Shown piece after piece: positions 48,005 through 55,563 of a DNA stretch of 64,000 nucleotides. A program made the position numbers and the translations under genes. The notes under the pieces were generated by a model that had not been told where the DNA came from, searched no databases, and worked only from the letters and a program-made list of their open reading frames with translations. Source of the DNA: Syntrophobacterales bacterium (GTDB taxonomy: Bacteria > Desulfobacterota > Syntrophia > Syntrophales > UBA2210); the NCBI GenBank assembly GCA_018433345.1, contig JAHDRK010000013.1, forward strand, positions 7,482 through 71,481. The letters run 5' to 3'. The first letter of the stretch is position 1, and every line of letters starts with the position of its first letter.

Positions 48005-49561
48005 ATGGCCTTTGAAAAACAGTTGGAAGAACTCAGGCAGAAAAAAGAGCGGGCGCTCATGATGGGAGGACCCGAAAAAATCAAAAAGCAGCACGACGCG
48101 GGCAAATACACGGCCCGCGAACGCATCGACAAGCTGCTCGATGGGGGAAGCTTCGATGAAATCGGGATGCTGAGCCATTCCGACATGCCGGGAATGGCTC
48201 ACAAGAGCCCTGCCGACGGCAAGGTGGGCGGCTACGGCCTTATAAACGGGCGTCCGGTAGGAGTCCTTGCCGCCGATTTCACAGTCCTTGGGGCCACATC
48301 GAGCCGCGTGGCGGGACGAAAGGAACATGACATCAGGAGCACGGCGGACCGCCACGGGTTTCCCGTCATATACCTGGGCGAGGCCGGAGGTGCCCGAATG
48401 CCGGATATAATGGGCTCGGCGGGGCTGGCCTCCTACGGTGGCGGCGGAAGGGACACCTTCCTGCAACTGATGAGCCGTGTCCGAAGAACTCCACTGGTAA
48501 CGGCGATCTTAGGCCTCTGCTACGGGGAACCGACATGGATGGCTTGCCTTGCCGATTTCGTGGTCATGGTCAAGGGTACGGCCATGGGTGTTTCGGGTCC
48601 TCGGATACTGTCAATCGCCTTGGGCGAAGAGATAACCGACGAGGAGCTCGGAGGCTGGGAGCTGCACGCAAAGGTGACGGGAATGACCGATCGGACGGCG
48701 GAAAACGAGGATGAGTGTTTCAAGATTATACGGGATTACCTGGATTACATGCCTTCGCACAATGAGGAAGTTCCTCCCGCAAAGGAGGTTCCGGAAGGAT
48801 CGGGTGAAAACATGTCAAAAATCCTCGACATCATCCCGGAAAAGCGAAACAGGGCCTACGACATGAACCGGGTGATCGAGTGCATTGTAGACCGGGAGAG
48901 TCTTTTCCCCATCAAGCCGCTGTTCGGCCAAACGGCCATCACTTCTCTGGCACGAGTGGACGGAAAGGTCGTGGGCATCGTGGCGAACCAGCCTCGCGTC
49001 AACTCGGGGGCCATGGATACCGATGGAATCGAAAAGGTCATCAGCTTTCTTTGTCTCTGCGACTCCTTCAACATTCCATTGATCTTTCTTGAAGACATTC
49101 CGGGATTTCTCGTGGGATGCGCCGCCGAGAGAAAACGGGTGGGCGCCCACGTCATGAATTTCATGAATGCCTTGGGGCTTGTGACTGTCCCAAAGATCAC
49201 TATCATTATGAGAAAGGCCTATGGAATGGCCTTCTGGAACATGTGCGGTTCCGGAAGCGGGGCCGATTCGATCGTCGCGTGGCCCACCGCCGAAATGAGT
49301 TTCGTCGATCCCGTCATCGCCGCCAACGTGGTCTACGGCGCCACTGCGGCGGCTACACCGGAGGAAAAGGAAGAACGGATAGCCAAGATGGCCGAGGGTA
49401 CCGACCCTTACGGAGCCGCTGGCCTACACTATATTCAAGATGTCATCGATCCGCGGGAAACGAGGAACCACATTATCAAGGTGCTGCGGCGGACTCGGGA
49501 TTTTTCAAAAACGAAGGGAATAGGCGAACACAAACTGGCCAACTGGCCTACGAAATTCTAA
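48005..49561 (+). CDS. Acyl-CoA carboxyltransferase (12S/PccB/MmdA-like), lineage 2
   Basis: 518 aa. GGPEKIKKQHDAGKYTARERIDKLLDGGSFDEIG, LGEAGGARMPD, ..IQDVIDPRETR. SD GAAGGAG. Confidence 0.88.
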   Translation: MAFEKQLEELRQKKERALMMGGPEKIKKQHDAGKYTARERIDKLLDGGSFDEIGMLSHSDMPGMAHKSPADGKVGGYGLINGRPVGVLAADFTVLGATSSRVAGRKEHDIRSTADRHGFPVIYLGEAGGARMPDIMGSAGLASYGGGGRDTFLQLMSRVRRTPLVTAILGLCYGEPTWMACLADFVVMVKGTAMGVSGPRILSIALGEEITDEELGGWELHAKVTGMTDRTAENEDECFKIIRDYLDYMPSHNEEVPPAKEVPEGSGENMSKILDIIPEKRNRAYDMNRVIECIVDRESLFPIKPLFGQTAITSLARVDGKVVGIVANQPRVNSGAMDTDGIEKVISFLCLCDSFNIPLIFLEDIPGFLVGCAAERKRVGAHVMNFMNALGLVTVPKITIIMRKAYGMAFWNMCGSGSGADSIVAWPTAEMSFVDPVIAANVVYGATAAATPEEKEERIAKMAEGTDPYGAAGLHYIQDVIDPRETRNHIIKVLRRTRDFSKTKGIGEHKLANWPTKF

Positions 49562-49582
49562 ATTCACCATCCTCGATGGTTT

Positions 49583-49617
49583 CCGCCGCTTCCCCCTCCA
49601 TAAACGGGAAGCGGCGG
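49583..49617. terminator. 12-bp GC hairpin between convergent genes (no U-tract)
   Basis: CCGCCGCTTCCC-N11-GGGAAGCGGCGG. Confidence 0.45.
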
Positions 49618-49627
49618 ACCTCGACTT

Positions 49628-50266
49628 TCACTGATTCCCTTCGGCCCGGCCCAGATCCCGGCGGGCGGACCAGAGCCTGTGAATCGCCGTGAGATTCGTG
49701 GAGACGGCCATGAACCATAGGATGAGGATCAAGGGGGCGTCCGGTGAAATGGAGGGGAGCCAAGCCTCGGCCACCGGTACCGCCAGCGAGGCGGCTGCAA
49801 GAAAAATAATGCGTTCCGGTCTTTGCATGAAACCAACCACCCTGATCGTACCCAGCGATTCGGCGCGAGCCTTTACGTAACTAACCATGTAGGAACCGGC
49901 GATGACGAAAAGGACCGCGTAAAAAGTTACATCGTTGCGGTAATGGACCAGGAGGCCGGCCAATATCAGAAAATCGGCCACCCGGTCGGCGCTCGAATCG
50001 AGCAATGCACCGAATCGGCTCGCGCTCCCGCTCAAGCGCGCCACCGTTCCATCGAGGGTATCGAGCAGACCTGAGAGGAGAAGGGCCAATCCGGCCCAGA
50101 AAAAGAACCCGCCGGCATAGAGAAAAAAAACCCCCAGCGACACCGCCAGGGAAAACAGCGTCAGCGCGTTGGGGGTGATAGGCCCATTGGCAAGCGGTCC
50201 GGCGAGTGTCTCCATGCATCTATAATAATATCTTACGATTCGTTCCCGCACGGTCGCATCCTCCAA
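49628..50266 (-). CDS. CDP-alcohol phosphatidyltransferase family protein
   Basis: DTLDGTVARLSGSASRFGALLDSSADRVAD is the full D-x2-DG-x2-AR..G-x3-D-x3-D motif. TTG start at 50266 with GGAG 6 nt upstream; ATG 50215 is an alternative. Confidence 0.85.
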   Translation of the reverse strand: MEDATVRERIVRYYYRCMETLAGPLANGPITPNALTLFSLAVSLGVFFLYAGGFFFWAGLALLLSGLLDTLDGTVARLSGSASRFGALLDSSADRVADFLILAGLLVHYRNDVTFYAVLFVIAGSYMVSYVKARAESLGTIRVVGFMQRPERIIFLAAASLAVPVAEAWLPSISPDAPLILILWFMAVSTNLTAIHRLWSARRDLGRAEGNQ

Positions 50267-51204
50267 AAGGTCTCCACGGCAAAACGCACCCTATCTTCCG
50301 GCGCTGCGTGTTTTTTCTTCAAATCTTCGACGACACGGAGTCGCGGCACCAGCCCTCCGCCGTTGGCGAGCTGGATGTTAAGGCCGGGTCTTGCATTCAG
50401 TTCGAGCAATACCGGACCGCGTTTTTTGTCCAGGACAATGTCGGCGCCGATATATCCAAGTCCGGTCATTTCGTAACAACATGATGCCAACCTCAGTATT
50501 TCCCGCCATCCGGGAACGCGGACCAGATCGAAGGCCTTGTTGGTGTCGGGATGCCTTTCAATGGGGCGCGAGTACTGAACGGCGTTTATGATTTTCCCAT
50601 CCGATATGTCGAGACCCACTCCGACCGCGCCCTGGTGGAGATTGGCCTTGCCGTCCGAAACGCGTGTTGTAAGGCGGAGCATGGCCATGACAGGATAACC
50701 TTGAAAGACTATTATTCTAATGTCGGGGACACCCTCCCAAGAATAATCCGCAAAGATATCGTCACAGTGGATCAATTCTTCCACGATTGCGGCATCGGGC
50801 GTGCCTGCCAGGGAATACAGACCTCCCAGTATGTTGGACACGTGTCGCTTGAGATCATTGAGCGTAATCGCCGCCCCAGAGGATTTTATGTAGGCATTCG
50901 GACCGCTTTCCTTGATTATAAGTATTCCCTTTCCCCCCGATCCCCGCGCAGGTTTTACGGCGAATCCTTCCAGGTTCTCCAGGAGGCCCGCGAGATCACG
51001 GACCCTGTGCTGTTCCCGCATAGAAAAATAAAGCTCGGGAACCGGAATGCCGTATTTCCGGGCAAGCACCTTGGTCTTGAGCTTGTCATCGACGAGGGGA
51101 TAGAGGGAACGAGGGTTGTAACGGGCGATGAATTCTATGTTTCGTCGATTCATGCCTAGGATTCCAAGTTTCCTCAACTGTCCAAGCCCGATGAATCTCG
51201 TCAT
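50233..51204 (-). CDS. RimK-related ATP-grasp ligase (alpha-L-glutamate ligase-like protein)
   Basis: GILGMNRRNIEFIARYNPR, VKPARGSGGKGILII, GADIVLDKKRGPVLLELNARPGL; 323 aa. Confidence 0.85.
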   Translation of the reverse strand: MTRFIGLGQLRKLGILGMNRRNIEFIARYNPRSLYPLVDDKLKTKVLARKYGIPVPELYFSMREQHRVRDLAGLLENLEGFAVKPARGSGGKGILIIKESGPNAYIKSSGAAITLNDLKRHVSNILGGLYSLAGTPDAAIVEELIHCDDIFADYSWEGVPDIRIIVFQGYPVMAMLRLTTRVSDGKANLHQGAVGVGLDISDGKIINAVQYSRPIERHPDTNKAFDLVRVPGWREILRLASCCYEMTGLGYIGADIVLDKKRGPVLLELNARPGLNIQLANGGGLVPRLRVVEDLKKKHAAPEDRVRFAVETFWRMRPCGNES

Positions 51205-52718
51205 GACCGGGATATCCTACGCAGGCTGCTGAATCTCCTCAATTCAAACAATCTGTATCCTGTGTAATTCCCCATAAGCATAATCAGGGCGACGACAATC
51301 AAATTTATCTCGGGAAAATGAAAGGTCAGATGTTGCGTCACCCTCCACTGCATCAACAGGTAGGCCAGCACTGCGACCAAGAGACTCCCCGCCCCCTGCA
51401 CGAACACCTCCCAGGGTCCCTCGTCCTCCCACAGGATAGACATGCGCTCGATGGTCCAAGCAATGATGATGATAGGGAAAAAGGTGACTGTCATCCCCGT
51501 GTTGAACCCCAGCTGATAGCCAAAGAGACTGAAAAAAATCACTATAAAAACGACGATTACCACAATGGTGGAAATGCGGGCAACTAACAAAAGGTTCAGG
51601 TTGGACAGATAGCCACGCAGAAGCAAACCGAAAGAAACGATCGCTATGAAACTCACCAGACCGGGCAATAGTGTGGTTTGGAGAAATGAAAGCGCAATGA
51701 GTATGGGCATGAAAGTTCCGGATGTTTTTACTCCCACGATTATTCTCATAAAAACCAGTACCAGCGCCCCAACGGGCAAAAGAAGCAGTATCCGCAAAAG
51801 GTTCTGCTCTTCCACTGGGAGTTTGTGCACCCCGAGCAGCGCGAATCCCGAATCCTTCATGGTTTCCTGCGCCAACTGTATGGTCGAAATACTCCGTTGA
51901 AGCATGGCGAACCGCGTTTGTGAACTTTCGCCTCCGCTCACGTCGAGAAGGGATTGTCCTTCCAGGTTCCACAGGAAAAAATTCTCTGGAATCCCCTGGT
52001 ATCCGGTTACGGGATTGAACAACACCCATCCGCCATTCGTGTATACCTCTATCATCTCCCGTAACTGTTGGTTCCGACGTCCGTCTTCCAGGTAAAGACC
52101 GGCCACTATCCTGGTCGGGATACGAGCGTAATTAAGCAATTTTACAAGTAACGGCACAAGCGGGGTCTCCGCGAGCAGCAGCGCGGCGTTTTGGTTGGCC
52201 GACGGTTCCGCGAGCAGTTTTATCAATTCACGGGTCATGCTTTCCGGCGTACTGGACATCGAATGGGCTGCGGCCAACAGTTGGTTTGCGGCGAGCGCCT
52301 CGGGTTCATTCCAATAAACGTCAAATAATTGTGGAGGAGGATCATCCCTTTTTTGGCGGGGGATTGTTTGGGGGGCAACCTCCACTTTGTAATAAAGTGT
52401 TTGGGGACCCTCGGCGTTTCGTATCGTCCATTCTCCCCGCCTGTTACCGTTTTCGTTGATAACGGAAAAGCCGTAGCCTGGAGACGCCGTTTGTTCCGAC
52501 AGGATGACAAAGCCCGGGGGGTCATCGGGGATGTCCAGGGTCACCGTCACCGTCCCTCCATGCGCGACGAAATCGACGCGGGCCTCTATCAGCCAGACCG
52601 TCGTCTGATCTCCCGGAAGAAGGGGGATGCCAGTCTGATTGTGGCGAGCCCAAAGAGTCGCCAGGCCTGTCACGATGAGGCACAGTACAATAATATGAAA
52701 AAATATTCGAGAGGTCAT
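51201..52718 (-). CDS. Membrane protein: extracytoplasmic (inactive transglutaminase-like) domain fused to a ~7-TM C-terminal module
   Basis: An N-terminal TM helix (FFHIIVLCLIVTGLATLWA), a soluble region of about 280 aa, then roughly 7 hydrophobic helices in residues ~300-490. ATGA overlap with the ATP-grasp gene. Confidence 0.75.
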   Translation of the reverse strand: MTSRIFFHIIVLCLIVTGLATLWARHNQTGIPLLPGDQTTVWLIEARVDFVAHGGTVTVTLDIPDDPPGFVILSEQTASPGYGFSVINENGNRRGEWTIRNAEGPQTLYYKVEVAPQTIPRQKRDDPPPQLFDVYWNEPEALAANQLLAAAHSMSSTPESMTRELIKLLAEPSANQNAALLLAETPLVPLLVKLLNYARIPTRIVAGLYLEDGRRNQQLREMIEVYTNGGWVLFNPVTGYQGIPENFFLWNLEGQSLLDVSGGESSQTRFAMLQRSISTIQLAQETMKDSGFALLGVHKLPVEEQNLLRILLLLPVGALVLVFMRIIVGVKTSGTFMPILIALSFLQTTLLPGLVSFIAIVSFGLLLRGYLSNLNLLLVARISTIVVIVVFIVIFFSLFGYQLGFNTGMTVTFFPIIIIAWTIERMSILWEDEGPWEVFVQGAGSLLVAVLAYLLMQWRVTQHLTFHFPEINLIVVALIMLMGNYTGYRLFELRRFSSLRRISRS

Positions 52719-53560
52719 TACGGCCTTGTGATGTCGCCCGGAGGTTCCGGAGGAAGCCCGGGCGGCGCTATGTATGTCTCGCTCACGTCCACCACCATGA
52801 CATCCTTGAGTACATTGCGACCGATCAAGACGGGATGCTCCATGTGACTGCGGTCGGAGAGCGTAAACTGGGCGATTTGATTGATCCCGCCGACGGTCAC
52901 ACTCAGCTCAACCACCGGGCGCCGATCAACCTCTTTCGACAGGGCTTGTATGATCTTCGCGCTGCGCACCAAGGGCCGTTCCAAGGTGTATTCTTCGCTA
53001 TTCTCAGGGTTTACAATAGTAAAGCGAATCCACTCATCTCCGTTTCGCTCGAATTTCTGAATATTGTGCGCATTCAGCGAAGATGTCACAGCACCTGTGT
53101 CAATCCTGGCAGGAAGTATTTTCCCGGGAGGCGTGATGAAAACTTTTTCCACGGCCCCCACTACCTGTTTGTCTCTCAACCTAGCTCCGGTGGATTTTCC
53201 AGCGGATTTTCCAGTGGATTTTCCGACGGCCTCCCGGCGCTCGCTTTTAACTGCCTCCCGCTCGCGAAGGCGCATCGCATGCACGACTTTTTCTATTTCA
53301 TCTAGACGCCCTTCCAGTTGTTCCTGCCTGCAAGAGATATCCCTCAACTGTAGAAACATGGCTTGAGAATAATCCGCCATCGCCTGGTTCATAATCACTT
53401 GCTCCCGTGCCATCACCCGTATCCATTCGGCCTGTTCTTGCGTGTTTTTCTCAATTTCACGGAGTTCCGCCTCTTTGATGAGCAACGAGTAGTTGGCGCA
53501 CCCCACGAAAAAAAAGATGAATGCTGAAAATAAGATATAGAGGAATACATCTCTTTTCAC
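52718..53560 (-). CDS. Membrane-anchored coiled-coil protein with a C-terminal retropepsin-like domain (family usually annotated 'putative ATP-dependent zinc protease')
   Basis: N-terminal anchor VFLYILFSAFIFFFVGC, a heptad-rich segment, a (GKS[TA])3 linker, then ARIDTGAVTSSL ... PVLIGRNVL. TAATG overlap with the next gene. Confidence 0.75.
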   Translation of the reverse strand: MKRDVFLYILFSAFIFFFVGCANYSLLIKEAELREIEKNTQEQAEWIRVMAREQVIMNQAMADYSQAMFLQLRDISCRQEQLEGRLDEIEKVVHAMRLREREAVKSERREAVGKSTGKSAGKSTGARLRDKQVVGAVEKVFITPPGKILPARIDTGAVTSSLNAHNIQKFERNGDEWIRFTIVNPENSEEYTLERPLVRSAKIIQALSKEVDRRPVVELSVTVGGINQIAQFTLSDRSHMEHPVLIGRNVLKDVMVVDVSETYIAPPGLPPEPPGDITRP

Positions 53561-53775
53561 GACAAACTCCTATACTAAACCATACGGCAGGTATCAGCCA
53601 AGCAACGTTCTTCCTGGGAACCAAGAACAGGGGATTGGAATCCCGATCTGCGATTCTCCGACTCTGACGCCCCGTTACCATGGAATGTCATGTATCCTGC
53701 GTACGCCATTATCAATAACCCGAGGGAATCGTCAAGTAGTAAGGACCTGTGATATACGTTTTTTTTCACCGCTGT

Positions 53776-55026
53776 TCATCGCTTCTTCGCCAGAAAATAA
53801 AGCCGGCCGTATTCCTTCATATAGCCGGCGATCAGGCCGGCTTCCTCGCCCGTCCCCATAAATAGATCCACCCTACCCGGCCCCTTGATGGCACCTCCCG
53901 TATCCTGGTTGAGAACGAACCGCGAAAAGGGCGTCCAGGAAATGACATTACCTTCGGCGCTGAAATTAGGCTGCTTCAGCGATATAAACGCCGGAGCGCC
54001 CTTGGGGAAAAGGGCCGGGTCGGTGGCGATGGTGCGTCCCGCAGTAACAGGAATATTGAGCGCCCCCAGGGGTCCCTCTTCCACCACCCTGAAAAATACG
54101 TAACTTTCGTTGTGAGCCAAGATCGACATCATCTCGTCGGCCGAGTGGAGATATTGTTTTATACCTTTGAGCGACACATCAGCCAAGGCAACAACCCCTA
54201 TCTCTGCGAGATATCGCCCAAGACTCCTGTAAGGCCTGCCGTTCGACGCCGCGTAACTTACCCGTATGGTCTCGCCGTTCTTCAGGACTATTGTGCCGGA
54301 ACCCTGGATGTGCATAAAGAAGAGATCCACAGGATCGTCTGTCCAGGCGATCTCGAGGCCCCTTCCCTCGAGACGCCCCTCGATATCGATCTCCTTCCTG
54401 CTGTAGTAAGGAATTACCTCACCGTTCTCGATGCGTGCAACTATCCGCTCCCCTTCATATTTGTCATTGAACAGATCCAACCGGATTACCGTATGGTCGT
54501 CGGGTGTGCGATAGATGGGGTAACGGTATCTATCGGTGCGCTCAAGCGACCCCCTGATAACGGGCTCGAAATACCCGGTAAACAGGACGTCGCCATCACC
54601 GTTACGACCTATTGCGCGGTAAAGATCGAATTTTCCCTTCATCTTCTCTCGAATTTCCCCCGGGAAGGGATTGTCCTCAAAAATGTCCCTCAACAGGAAC
54701 AAGGACTCCTTCATTTCCTGGAGTGTGTACTCTATGTCACCATAATGGAACGTCCGGTCGCCGGGAAGCCGATCGTAATAAAGGAGGCTGCGGTCTATGG
54801 CCGTTATGAACGACTCCGCGTCCAAATCGTCGGTAAAATCGGGCCAATGATCCTCCTCCACCAGGACAAGGCGGCCGGGTTCGGGCTCTTCCTCCAAGGA
54901 AGGCCCTTGGGGTGCGAGGACACATCCCATCGCCATGGCGCTTACAAATACGGGGATGACGACTACGGCGACGAAAAATCTAATGATAAAATTTCTCTTG
55001 GAACCCTCGAGGTACAGGAAACTCAT
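53776..55026 (-). CDS. mltA: Membrane-bound lytic murein transglycosylase A
   Basis: Lipobox AMAMGC and C-terminal 3D-domain motif QDTGGAIKGPGRVDLFMGTG; 416 aa. Confidence 0.85.
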   Translation of the reverse strand: MSFLYLEGSKRNFIIRFFVAVVVIPVFVSAMAMGCVLAPQGPSLEEEPEPGRLVLVEEDHWPDFTDDLDAESFITAIDRSLLYYDRLPGDRTFHYGDIEYTLQEMKESLFLLRDIFEDNPFPGEIREKMKGKFDLYRAIGRNGDGDVLFTGYFEPVIRGSLERTDRYRYPIYRTPDDHTVIRLDLFNDKYEGERIVARIENGEVIPYYSRKEIDIEGRLEGRGLEIAWTDDPVDLFFMHIQGSGTIVLKNGETIRVSYAASNGRPYRSLGRYLAEIGVVALADVSLKGIKQYLHSADEMMSILAHNESYVFFRVVEEGPLGALNIPVTAGRTIATDPALFPKGAPAFISLKQPNFSAEGNVISWTPFSRFVLNQDTGGAIKGPGRVDLFMGTGEEAGLIAGYMKEYGRLYFLAKKR

Positions 55027-55045
55027 GTCAACACTTTATCCTCTA

Positions 55046-55513
55046 TTACGGTTCGATTATCAGCGGGATTTCATCACAGTAATCCGGATACTTGGGACAT
55101 TTTATGCACTCCGACCAGATCTTTTCGGGCAATGCCTCCCTATCCACGTCGACAAATCCGATGCTTTTGAAAAATTCTTCCTGGTTCGTAAGGGTGAAAA
55201 TGCGGTAGAGGTCGAGTGTAATCGCCTCGGAAACGCACGCTTCCACCAGTTTCGTCGCAATCCCACGGCGGCGATATTCGGGAAGTACATACAATGACCT
55301 GATCTCGGCCAGGTTTTCCCAAAATATATGCATTCCACATATTCCAACCACCTCTTTGCCATCATCGACACAATAGACAAAATAGTCCCGCAAGTAGCCG
55401 TAAAGCTCCATGAGCGAACGTGGCAGCATTTCGCCGCGTCGGGCGGATTCGTTTATCATCCTGTGTATATGTTTAACATCGCTGATCTTGGCTTTTCGAA
55501 GCATACTCCACAC
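55046..55513 (-). CDS. GNAT family N-acetyltransferase (short N-acetylglutamate-synthase-like)
   Basis: Acetyl-CoA motif YRRRGIATKL and a C-terminal KIWSECIKCPKYPDYCDE tail. Start is GTG 55513 or ATG 55504. Confidence 0.8.
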   Translation of the reverse strand: MWSMLRKAKISDVKHIHRMINESARRGEMLPRSLMELYGYLRDYFVYCVDDGKEVVGICGMHIFWENLAEIRSLYVLPEYRRRGIATKLVEACVSEAITLDLYRIFTLTNQEEFFKSIGFVDVDREALPEKIWSECIKCPKYPDYCDEIPLIIEP

Positions 55514-55563
55514 GGCTCCACTGTTGTTTTTTAACTGCCCGGCAAGGTAAAGGACCTTGAAGA

